28,196 bases of DNA. It comes from Catajapyx aquilonaris. Its lineage: Eukaryota. Of the stretch, positions 12,370-22,549 are shown one piece after another. Location of the stretch: positions 62,001-90,196 of the forward strand of contig KZ538261.1 of assembly GCA_000934665.2 (NCBI GenBank), written 5' to 3'. Under the pieces are notes generated by a model, which did no database searches, had not been told where the DNA came from, and saw nothing but the letters and a program-made list of their open reading frames with translations. The translations under genes were made by a program, and so were the position numbers. Positions within the stretch are counted from its first letter, which is position 1, and each line of letters opens with the position of its first letter.

Positions 12370-13560
12370 GACGGGGAGGGAGACTTGAAGAAGAGGAGAA
12401 GAAAATCTCGATTCTTTGGGCCTTGCTTGCTCTCGCATTCAACTTGACTTTGCCTTCACTCAACTACTCCACAAAATCCCCAGCCCAATTGAAATCGAAT
12501 AGTAATTAGGTCACAAATAGGACCAGATTTTTTTACACTACTTTCTATAAGAGTCGCTCTAAAAGCGAAAGGCTTTTAAATTGTTTCTTTGAGATATATA
12601 CACCTACTTGTACTAGGGCTTCCACTATATAGCAATAGGGCCGGCCTTTTTCTCTCACCGAAAATTCCTAGAAAAAACTGCTTCGTAATAAATAACGCTC
12701 CTTATTGTTTACCAAGTGCCTCCTATGACAAATGACACTATTGTCCATTACCGCAGGAGTCTCGAGCAAAACCCGTCCGCTATCAGTGTTTTCCGTGCTA
12801 TATGAAGACATAGTAAATTTTTATGACCGGTACCCCTGGAGCCTTCTCGGGAAGACAAATGTGCTCGGCGCAACGTGTCTCACGAAGGTGAGACTATTCG
12901 TGACTTACTCGCCCTACTTTTTCATTCATTGCACGCACTTTCCGATATTTTTGCATGTGTATGGCCTCCTCGCACTGTGGTCGGCTGGCCTAATTGATAA
13001 GCAAGCGGTGTTAACAAGGCCTTAATTAAGGAGTTGCCTGGTTCCGATGCGACAATCAGTCCGATTTTATTTCCAACACTGGCAGCAGCGAAATAAAATT
13101 GTTGCGGCCAGTTTCATTTACAGCTCTTAAGTTTATTGTTGCCGTTTCTGGTTTTTACAGGGCATTTTTGAGAAGACGGCGCTTGCCAAGTTGGCGATTG
13201 TGTTTTGCCGGCTTCCATTACCACGCAAATCGTCTATGATTGTATCCCTCAACTCACGCTTTTGTCTCACAGATGGCGACATTTCCCACGTTTATATCCA
13301 GGGGAAGCCCCGCTATGCAATACCCCGAAGGATAGTGAGCAGCCGGTGGTAATTGCGATATGAATATTTAAATCAACTCGGGCATAATTCGTGCAATCAT
13401 GTTTATACCCGTGACTCGAGCACGGGCAGGGGGTTTCAACACTATAAAATTTTAGCTTATCATGATTGTCAACTATTATGCTGGCAGCATAATCGATCCC
13501 ATTAGTTTGATCCACACAATGCAGGCCACGCAACACTACTCTAATCCTCGGGATCTGGTA
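12370..13560 (-). pseudogene. Decayed TRAF-like gene (RING, TRAF zinc fingers, MATH)
   Basis: VLRGLHCV...GIDYAASII (RING-like) and TPCPCSSHG...RVDLNIH (TRAF zinc-finger-like) in ORF 13267-13536. Then RRPYTCK (~12970-12950), KFTMSSYS (MATH start, ~12820), GNGQ.CHLS (~12750) and KNRDFLLLF (MATH end, ~12415). Confidence 0.42.
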
Positions 13561-13739
13561 TACAAGTGCTTAAAAATCATGTGCGAATGTGCGAACAGGG
13601 TTTTGGCTAAGCATTAACACCCAGGCACATTTGGAATAGACGTGTAGTTGTTAATATGTCCAAAAATTATTACTTAATAAACTATTAATTTTATAGCCCT
13701 TTTGTTAGAGTGAACAACAGTGAAGTGAATCCAAATTTG

Positions 13740-14530
13740 GTATAAAAGAATTCAAGCTTCTGCTGCGAATCCCATGAACAGTTTAAAGGCAGTTGGTCTG
13801 CCAACCTGGCCTAAATAATAGATCAGCTGGACCTCCCCAAGCGGGCAATTCAAACAGACTTGCGTTGAGATAAATCTGAATTTAACCATCACTATAAACA
13901 GAGTAGTTCAATTGTTGCATCACCCCTTTTTTTCGACTCTGTAGCCCCCTGCAAATGGTTATTATTTTTACTGACTTCTATGCAAGTACAGCTGGTTGTT
14001 TCAAATATCGGGTTGCCAACAATAATATTGTCAGATCCATCAGTAAATATTCCAATGGATGTCAGGTCATATCCGCAGCCCCATATCCAATAGCACGGGT
14101 AAGGGTCAGATGTCATAACACTTTTTTGTGCATGTGTCCCACATCAGCACGGGAAATAAGCTTGTCCCAATCACGCAACATGGATTTTCTTTTCCCCCCC
14201 CCCAATTTTTTTTTGTAGAGTTGTTCATCTTGCAATTCACGTCCTCCGAAAGTCATCCGGGGTGTCCTTTGCATGCCGCTGGGAGCACTCAAGCAGTCAT
14301 TTACCTTTTCTGGCAGCTCCAACAAGGAGTTTCCTGATCGCTATTCCCTTCTGCTTTCCGGAACCCAAGCAAGGAGGGTTGGATCCGGACTAGCATTAGC
14401 TTGTCCTTGATTTCCTCCTCCGGAGAAATTAATGATATGCGAGACTTTTTCCCTCCGGAGAAGAAATCGCTCTTGGAGTGGGGGGGGGAGGTTTCAGTCT
14501 GGAGGAAGAATAATAAAAAAATTTGAGAAA
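13740..14530 (-). pseudogene. Decayed ORF of an uncharacterised family, possibly PD-(D/E)XK nuclease-like
   Basis: Coding-like minus-strand text DGSDNIIVG...CIEV...GATESKK...QIYLNASL...IYYLGQVGRPTAFKLFMGF has a D...ExK...Q pattern. The family assignment is weak recollection only. Confidence 0.25.
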
Positions 14531-14539
14531 AAATGGGTC

Positions 14540-15490
14540 CGGAACATCTGCGACCGAAGTCAACCCAATTGGGATCTTGCTAATCGATATTGCTCGACTC
14601 ATCTTTCGTGGCTCCAGGCTAATGGAATGGACACTTGTCGCCCCGGATTTTTCGTCATGCGCTTAAGAAACGTGACGCCGGATTTTCTTTAATGTTCCGG
14701 ATTTTCTGTCGAGTGCAGGCAAGTGTTTCTGAGATAAGCCAGAAGCAGATGTGTGCCACGAGTGTAACTATGATCATACTAATTAAGCGATGTAATATTA
14801 GTGATACGCCACGTGATTCAATAGGGTTCAGTAGAGTAGAGCAAACAGTTTTGCAAACATCATCCGGGTTGACATTTGTTGTTATTGCAAGAAGTATCAA
14901 ATAACAATGTTGGGCAATAATGACCCCGCTGGGTATGACCGGTATTAATAATGCGGCAATAATACCGTATTATTGTGTGTCACACATACAATAACCTGAA
15001 TACGGTTTAATTACACAATTACCATTAGGTCTGATTATTGCTCGTGGCCATATTTTTTCTCGATAATGATGTTTGGCCATGGACGCGTGATAACGAACAC
15101 AAATTCATGTCCACCGTAATTAATTATTGGCCAATCCAGGACATGCACTAATCACTGACGCAGCTGTATTTCTTGAAGCGAAAACAAAGTGGGGTCAAGA
15201 AAACGGGCCATAGTCCTTTGCAAGCATGTTATTTGGACGTCCAAAATGCGGCGCAGGCTGCGAGGGAAGGTCTGGGATGGAGATTCCCCGCAGGAGGGCC
15301 TCGCAAGATTTGGAATTGTGTCGAGCCAGGTCTCCACAGTCGGCGCTCCCTTGCTGCTACACCAATTTCCTACCTTCCTGACTCAGGGCCCCCCCGAAAC
15401 CAGAAGAAATATGAAAGGGGGGGTCTGGAGGGAGGGAGGGATACAGTGTGGCCTGCTCAAGTTGTGGAATGAATTCCAAAACTCTCATGC
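14540..15490 (-). pseudogene. Decayed, 3'-truncated class A (rhodopsin-like) GPCR
   Basis: In order: VGN (TM1, ~15370), WLDTIPNL (ICL1), ISIPDL (TM2 LxxxD, ~15275), WPVFLTPLC (ECL1 WxF...C, ~15200), GLA..ITVD/FVFVITRP (TM3 DRF motif broken by a frameshift, ~15135-15080), then two hydrophobic helices (~14970-14880 and ~14810-14730). No TM7 NPxxY found. Confidence 0.6.
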
Positions 15491-15641
15491 TGCTGGGCTC
15501 AGGAATATTACTTGGGAATTCAATCCTGGGCACAAACTCACCCCTCAGGAGCAGGCCCCTAAAATATTGTAACTGCGCTCCTGCTAATAGAGGTGAAAAT
15601 ATCCATTGAAAGACTCGAGAAACCATTTTTTTAAAGGACTC

Positions 15642-15720
15642 ACTAGAAAAACCCTCGCTTCGCTCGCATTTTTCTATGGCATAGACCCAGAAAACCACTC
15701 GCTTCGCTCGTTTTTTTCTA
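15642..15720 (-). repeat. Dispersed ~79-bp repeat, copy 2, inverted relative to 4958-5035
   Basis: Its reverse complement, TAGAAAAAAACGAGCGAAGCGAGTGGTTTTCTGGGTCTATGCCATAGAAAAATGCGAGCGAAGCGAGGGTTTTTCTAGT, aligns to copy 1. Confidence 0.85.
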
Positions 15721-15749
15721 GGCCTGCGGCTTGTAACCGCGCCAGCGAC

Positions 15750-18700
15750 TGGTTCGCCGCCCAGTTGCGGCGAAAGGGGAACAGGTATGAGTGGATAAGT
15801 GGAAAAGGTCCAGGTGACGGGAGAGACGGAAAGGGACCTTCACTCGACAGCGGCCAACATGCAACTGAACGGGTCTTCCACCCATTGCGCATGCGCGGAA
15901 CGGTGGCCAATCGGAAGCGTCGCGGTGACAACAATATGCGGCGGGCGAATCAAAGGGTATAACCAAACAACGTAAGGATTTTAATATTATAAATTGTGTA
16001 GGCCAGAACGACGTGCGGAATAGGGACAATTTAATTACTATTATATTATATTTAATTTAATTTGAATCATTTTGGCGAGATTAATCCACACTTGAGATTT
16101 ATACTAAATGCGTCTACCCCTCCTCTAAAATTTACTTGCTTATTACAGCAACGCCTATTCGCATTAATGCCCCCTTTGGCTCATTTCTATTCATCATGAC
16201 ACTGATATTGGAGGAGATGGTATTTTAATGAGATAGACTTGCTCCATCCCTCATTCTGCAGCCTTCCTCCCCCACAAAACTCTTATTCCTTGAGACTTGA
16301 GAACAAAATTTTCCTTCCAATGCAAAACCACTTTCTTCGGCCATGTTCCAACGGTTTACTTGCGTGTCGCTGGCGAGTAATGCAATGCGCTTTCCGTGTA
16401 CCCCCCCCCCCCCCCCCCCGAAACTCCGATATGAGTTTCGGAGAATGAGAAGCTCGGTCCTAACATCCATTCGTGGTTGCCGGCTCTAGGCCTGGGTCAT
16501 TTCTACAAATTTTTGTTTTTATACGTAATAAAAATAAAAACTATTATTATTTAATTATTATTTTATGCATGTTATAGCACTCGGCAGCAATTTCCCTTAT
16601 TTGTCTCCATTTGTTTTAAGCAGTAAACAAAACGAGTCATCATGTCATTAAATGCAACAGCAGGCTGTTATAAAAATTATAGAGCCATCATATTAACATG
16701 GAATCTCACCGCAACCGGTATGAAAATTTTCCAACCAAGTCTTATGCCTTACCTCTCTGGCGAGTGCAACTTCGATTCAAATGAATCTACTTCGCACGCA
16801 ATTTCTGTCAAGAAGGCTGCGAAGTGTAATTCTTGAAGCATAATTTTGAGCCCGTTTTCCTGAGAACCTCCCCCCCCCCCTTCCCTCAACCACCACCCTC
16901 CCCATCCACTTCTCCACAACAGACTTATACTTAGGGGGGCAAAAATGGGACGTCATCATTCACGTTTTATGGCGTCTCAATTTATTTTCCCAGAATGAGG
17001 TTGGTGATAAAGGCTCTCGGGGTAATGCCCCGCTCGGTGGTTAGAAGGGAAAAATCCCCCCCGTCTTGAAGTAAGGAAAAGGAGACTTGAAAGGACACAT
17101 CTTGGGTATAAGAACTTAATAGCAGCTGACAATAACCTGGATTAAGCTTGAGTACTTTTGATGTGCATGAAAGTAGCATTTATGGAACATATCCTGACGG
17201 GTTCGTACCAGTTGGGGCAGCACACAAATCGGCAAATTATTGTGCATGTACGTACAGTACTGTGTATCATCTGTAATGTAGAGGATTCAAAAGAGACATA
17301 CATGTCTCAATTTCTGACCATTTTAACAACACTTTGATATTATTTTGATATTCAATGCCTTTAGATGAAATCTGTTCTGGGCCATAATTACATACGCACT
17401 CTTTTGAAGTCGAGGCCTATACAGTATTACGAACTTGGTTACACTCGATAGGCCTGTGAAATACTACGCACAAATCGGAATAATTATAGTCTCTAGAGAC
17501 CTTGGGCTTTTCACGACATTTTCCAACTGAAAATTGTTCACAATGTTGTAAAGACTTAATACGGTTGCGGTCACTAAAGGTGTAAAACGTTTATTAACAT
17601 TCATGTGGTGATTTGTTCCTATTTCAAAGATTCGGTTTACTTGATGTGGTTACAGTGTAATGTGTTCATAATGACATGAACGTGCATTAAATCTCACTTA
17701 AACAGACCAGTTTTCCAACATTAAATTCTGAAGTTTAATGAATGCACAAGACAGTACTTCAATGTAACCACAAACTACAGCACACTGTACTGTGTAATTA
17801 TTTTGTGTGGTGAACCCATAGCAAAGTTCCATAGTTTTTCGCAAAACCTTTCTCCAATTAGGCAATAAATTCTGTCCCTCGTCGTCCGTCCCATATTTCA
17901 AATTCGCGAAATTAAAGCTCGAAATTTTGCAGAATCCAAACTAATTTTTTGTGTGTGTCTCTGCATGGTAGTATGCAAAAGCGTTGAAAGAACTCGCGGG
18001 GCATGTCGACTACTCTGCAGGGAAATTATGTCTTATTCATGATGCATAACTAACTTCATTGTCACCTCCCGGGGTATTGATCTGTCGCCGTAATTTGCTG
18101 CTTTCTGTGCGGCCTGTCCAATCACCCTCTCGACACCGTCCCTTTTCTCTCTCACACACACAAAAAAATAAAAAGGCGACAAAAAAATGTCCCCCACTGC
18201 TGTGGACATGGCATTTAAAAAATTCTGCAAATTTTTCAAACACCTAGCTCAATTTCATTTTTTATTCGCGAAAATGGACGCCACTTTTCTTCTGACAGCT
18301 GTGTCTCAATTTAATATAATCAATTCCTATGACCCAAGTCATTTAGAGCGAAATCGATTATTTTTTTCGTTTTGCTACCTCATGTGCCAATGCTGCTGAC
18401 TATATCGTACAAAAAAAATGTCTGTCCCTTCCATAACGGGATTTTGATCTCTAAGGCACGAAGGCAATAAGTCAGGTATTCGCGTGATGAGAGGGAGGAT
18501 ATTTTTGACCTACTAAAATGCCTGACCTCGATGCTGTTCTCAGGTCATCGCTCATAAACACGGAAATTTGTCTTCTGACTCTGCACCACATAGCATTCTA
18601 TTAATGACAACATTTGCATGACATTATAAATAGTTTATTGCATGGCGGTGACAATAATAGCTTCCCCCGCTCTATAAGTTTGTGTACTGCATGAAACAGT

Positions 18701-19650
18701 GTCATTTGCGAGTCCAAATACAACTTTATTTGTGTTTGGATCGAACTCTTGGACCTCAACAGTTGTATAGTTTGCAACACAAAACGGATCTGTCATGTCC
18801 TCAGCGGTCAAGTAAACTCTCCCACTATTTGCATCAACCAACCACAGTTCCTAACCAGTGTCCATCACAAGTCCTCACCAAACCCTGCCAATCACACTGA
18901 CTAAGCCCACCCTACGAATCGATAGATTTCCGCCACCAACACCCAATAAAGTCGCCCCCCCTCTCCAACTTCTTGTTCGATTATACGCTCAATTATGCAA
19001 AAATCTACCTAAAAATTCAAAAGTTGAGTCAATCCCTCGGGTCCTATCCGTGTTACCCAGTCCGCATACATTACGCAAGACGCCCCTGTATTTTTTGGAG
19101 GAATAGAGGGGACACCCCTTTTAGGAAGCGTGACGCGCCCATCTCCAATTGCGACTTCACACTCGGGACATGTCTGTGCATTAATCACCCAACTGGTGGA
19201 CTCCCCTGATACTGTCGCACGTAGGGAAGAGGTCATTTTTCAGGATAGGACCATCCCCCCTCTCCGAAAAAAAAAATCCCTGGGGATGACTATTTCACGG
19301 TTGACTCTTTTGTTATGTGGGGTGGATGCAGGACGATCTGATGCGTTTTTTTCTCTAGGTTCTCCTGCTCTGTCACCTCCCCCCCTGTGGCATAATGGAG
19401 GCCAGCTGTTAATGCGTTCTACACCGTCGACGAGTAGGAATGGCCGCAGGATCTCCTCGCCGGGATTACGCGCCATTCATCTCCAAAATGCTCCCTCACC
19501 ACATTTCAAAAAAAAAACGGACCTCTTTTTTTGATATTCGGAGGCCCGGAGATTCCTGGTCCTGCATTCGGAAATTTTTCATGGTGTGACAGATTTGTCG
19601 ATGAGGTTGCTGAGGCTGAATGCGGACTTTTTGGGTGGCCAAAAATCGTT
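15750..19650 (-). mobile_element. Decayed near full-length CR1/L2-type LINE: ORF1 with PHD-like start (~19650-18640) and ORF2 endonuclease + reverse transcriptase (~18600-15750)
   Basis: ORF2 motifs in order: NT*L (ETWL), GRDRH (~18425), WRP (YRPP), VGDIF (GDFN, ~18190), GPEQISSK (~17375), NPSGYVP..LLSCTSKVLK (NYRPISLL..SKVLE, ~17203-17146), GI..G.IF.P...HVN (GVPQGSILGP..YIND), HDDS (FADD, ~16640), KF*RRGRRI, FIILKSL and HSYLF...NW. The span of about 2.8 kb fits an ORF2. ORF1 (FLKCGEGAFWR; RVYLTAEDMT) is less certain. Confidence 0.62.
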
Positions 19651-19663
19651 TGGCAATATTTAA

Positions 19664-19941
19664 GCACCGTGTTTGGTTAGGATTCTAAGCGATTACACAG
19701 CCAAAAATTATTATAGGAAACAGAAAGGAGCAACATAAACCTGCTGAGAAAAATGTTTTAAAAAAAGCAATCAAAGGTAAAAATTGTTAAATATTTTTAC
19801 GCACCGTGTTTGGTTAGGATACTAACCAGTAACATTATAATTATGTTTAGCAATATACTATTAGGAAACAGAAAACAGCTGAACCTGCTGGGAACCTTAT
19901 GTAAAAAGCAATCAAATGTGAAAATTGATCTGATACTTTCC
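19664..19941 (+). repeat. Diverged tandem duplication, period 137 bp, two copies
   Basis: Both copies begin GCACCGTGTTTGGTTAGGAT (19664 and 19801). They share TAGGAAACAGAAA, AACCTGCTG, AAAAAGCAATCAAA and AAAATTG in the same order, with many indels between the blocks. Confidence 0.9.
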
Positions 19942-20559
19942 TATATTGCTATCCATCAGAATATTGAGTTTCAGATTACTATAGCAACGGATTCCGAGAA
20001 TAAAAATTGCGTAGGTTTTTTTCCGCCAAGAGGCTACATTTTCTGATTTCCCCTAGATTTTCCTTGTACGAGCTAGACGGCGATCTAACAATAGACCCTC
20101 AAGAAATCACTTTTCCCATCCTTCCATACTACTCCTTTTGGCATTGCTTGATCTTCACGAGACTCATCTACCGCTTCACAGGGATTCCGGCTATGGAACC
20201 GAGGAGATCGCTAATTGGAAAGGAAAGCAGACGAAGAAGAAGAAGAAAAAAAATCGCTCAGGGATCGTGCCCTCTGAACTCTCCTGCCGTTGCTTCCCTT
20301 TCCATTACATTTATGCAAATGACCCCTGCCGGGCCCCTATTAAGGACTCTGGGGACTCGTACAATTAAGTCCTCCTGCAAACACGAGCCTCACCTTCTCT
20401 TTTTTGGAAGGGGGGAAGGGGGGGGGCGGGAAGGAAGGTTCGGAGACCTCAAGGAGCTCTTCTTAGGAGGTAATCCTGATCAGAGGAGAGGTGGGCCTTA
20501 ATGGCCGACTCTTAATGGGGGAGGCCTGGATCTGGAAGGAATCAAAGGGAATTCTGCTC

Positions 20560-21085
20560 TCACAACTTCCGTCTCTTTGTTACACCAGCACGTTGCAACA
20601 ATGGACCACAAAAATTTCATATAAGATTGCTAAAACGCTTTATAGCCGCACAATTTCCGTAATTGATGTGAGACGCTATTAGCTAGTAATATCGGAGTGT
20701 GTTTTATTAAATGTACTGTGTACATGCAGCTATAACCCGGCCTGTATAGATGTGGATCGCATGAAAATTGCTGTAGCGTTTGTGGGATGCCAACATGCCA
20801 ATAGTTGCTGTGTCATAAATAACGCACGCTAAATCGCATGCGGCACTCCCGCGACCTATATGAGAACGCCGCCCATACCATAAGATCTATTCACATTGTT
20901 ACATCGCACTGCAAACGATCCATATTTTCAGTTTATAGACGCACGCTGTAATGACAGATTGTCACGAGTAATAACACTCAGAAATTGAGCTGTATTATAC
21001 TTTATGAATAAATTCTGGGGGGAGCACAGCCTGGAGTGGGTTCCTAACTCAGCATGCATAAATGACGACAACCTAAAAAACATTT
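20560..21085 (-). pseudogene. Decayed Ras-superfamily small GTPase
   Basis: F*VVVI/HAELG (G1 region, ~21078-21043), NLFIK.Y.S.I.ECY (switch I region), VYKLKIW (before DTAG, ~20940-20920), ACVIYDT (~20830-20811) and VIAACTQ (G4 region, ~20740), at near-canonical spacing with no room for introns. Confidence 0.55.
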
Positions 21086-21199
21086 CAGGGTGAAAATAGG
21101 GGGTGTCCCAATTTTTCTCTCTCCAACTCTCCTAGATAAATTCTCAGGGTTGGGGGAAAAAGGGGTTGAAAAATAGAGATCGAGTTCAAAACTAACGAG

Positions 21200-21970
21200 C
21201 TACATCTACACTAATGCTCCCGGAATAGGACGTGCTTCTGGCCACAAATCAAGGCTGCAAAAGTGAAGAAAAAAGCGAAAAGGTGTTGGTGTGGCGCAAA
21301 ACTCTGCACCAACATGGCGTCTCCTTTTTCTTTCCGTTCTTAGCTTCTCAAGCGACTAAATCCCACCTTTAGCCTTCATCCCATGTCTGGAAAGGTGTAG
21401 TTTCTAGGCTCCCCCTACCATAACTCAACCCTGTGTGGAAAATCCTGTCTCAGAAGGACTGTCGCAGTAATTCATTTCCAGAGTCACATATTTGTCCTCC
21501 ATTTTTCTGTGTTGTCCCTACCAGAATTTATCCAACAAATGTTCAAATTCCCAATTGACGGCCGGCTGGGCTAATTGGAACCGGTTTTAATTTTCTGGCA
21601 CCGTCCTCCTGAGATGCACGTAAAAAAAGTTTCATCTGGCTTTCTGGGGTACACAAGAGACCATGCACCGTGGGTTGTCCCAAAGCAGGTCAGTATACTC
21701 TCCTCTTAGCATTCGGATGGCGGCTTTCTGGCCCAGGAGAGGGAGATGACAGCACTTGGTAGCAGGCATGAAAAATGACCCACCTCGACCTAAGGCCTGC
21801 TTCTTGTGGAACTCCAAGCCCCGACGTAAATCATTCCAAATTAGAAGAAACCACGGTGGCAGCAGGGAGTCTTTTCAGTCCCTTATTCACCATAACCCCA
21901 TGATCGGATTCGGAAAAAAAACCCACCAGACCGCGCCTCTGGAATGAATCGCTGTAAACTTTGCATTTTA
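21200..21970 (-). mobile_element. Possible decayed Crypton/DUF3504-type tyrosine recombinase
   Basis: LQRFIPEARS (resembling LxRFVxEARK, ~21957-21928), EYTDLLW...VPQ..NFFY.HLR...NRFQLAQ (resembling EExLLW...PQ..VFFY..LRG..HRxLxxSQ, ~21700-21567) and DKYVTLE. Spacing to the putative LRHT motif (~21295) is too short, so the 3' half is doubtful. Confidence 0.33.
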
Positions 21971-22549
21971 CGAGTCTTCACGCTGATCGGACCAAAGTCA
22001 ATGTTTTGTCCATTGATCAGATACGGTTAGTAAATCACAGCCTGAAATTGTCGACTAACAAGAATAATTATTTATGTAATAACAGCTGTAATCAAGTAAC
22101 ATTACAGTAACTAATCGTGTTGCGTTACTGAAACATCCTGTAGGCTTGTACGTACAGAAAAACCCTGAGGTAAGCGTATGAGGTATGTGGTATTTCGCCT
22201 TCCCGGGCACTTTTCCTCCAAATTATTCATTACTTCCTCTACCGGTTGACCTCTACAAATTACATTACCTTGAAAGCAGCAGCCTTTTGCATAGTAGGCC
22301 TATATACGGGGCGCATATTACTAAAGCACATTACAGAACGGAGATAGGAAGAGAGGGGGGGTTCGGTTCAAAGCGGTTCCATCCTGAAGGCTATATTTAT
22401 ACTGCGCAGAACACTTCAGGATGAAAGACTTATAGTCCTACTGCTAAAGAAGACGTAGCAAAACTCTATTTATGTATAGGACTGCTGAACCTGTAAACGG
22501 CTCGGCGTGGAAACAACTAATGCTTTTTAAAACGCTTTTCCGACTGCGC

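Noticed and set aside
15886..15911. NRF1-like TGCGCATGCGC plus CCAAT box as a promoter
   Set aside because: It lies inside the inferred 3' part of LINE ORF2 with no intact downstream gene, and short motifs alone are insufficient.
16401..16419. Long C/G runs (also 498-531, ~16870, ~20410-20430) as G-quadruplex elements
   Set aside because: They fall within the homopolymer-rich patches, and their lengths are unreliable.
18635..18841. 68-aa ORF as an intact small beta-rich or viral structural gene
   Set aside because: It has no ATG start, in-frame stops lie just upstream, it is better explained as the end of LINE ORF1, and I found no viral hallmark gene in the window.
22380..22423. 10-bp perfect inverted repeat CATCCTGAAG/CTTCAGGATG (a similar one lies at 28144-28183)
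   Set aside because: About one such hairpin is expected by chance in 28 kb, and there is no supporting context.
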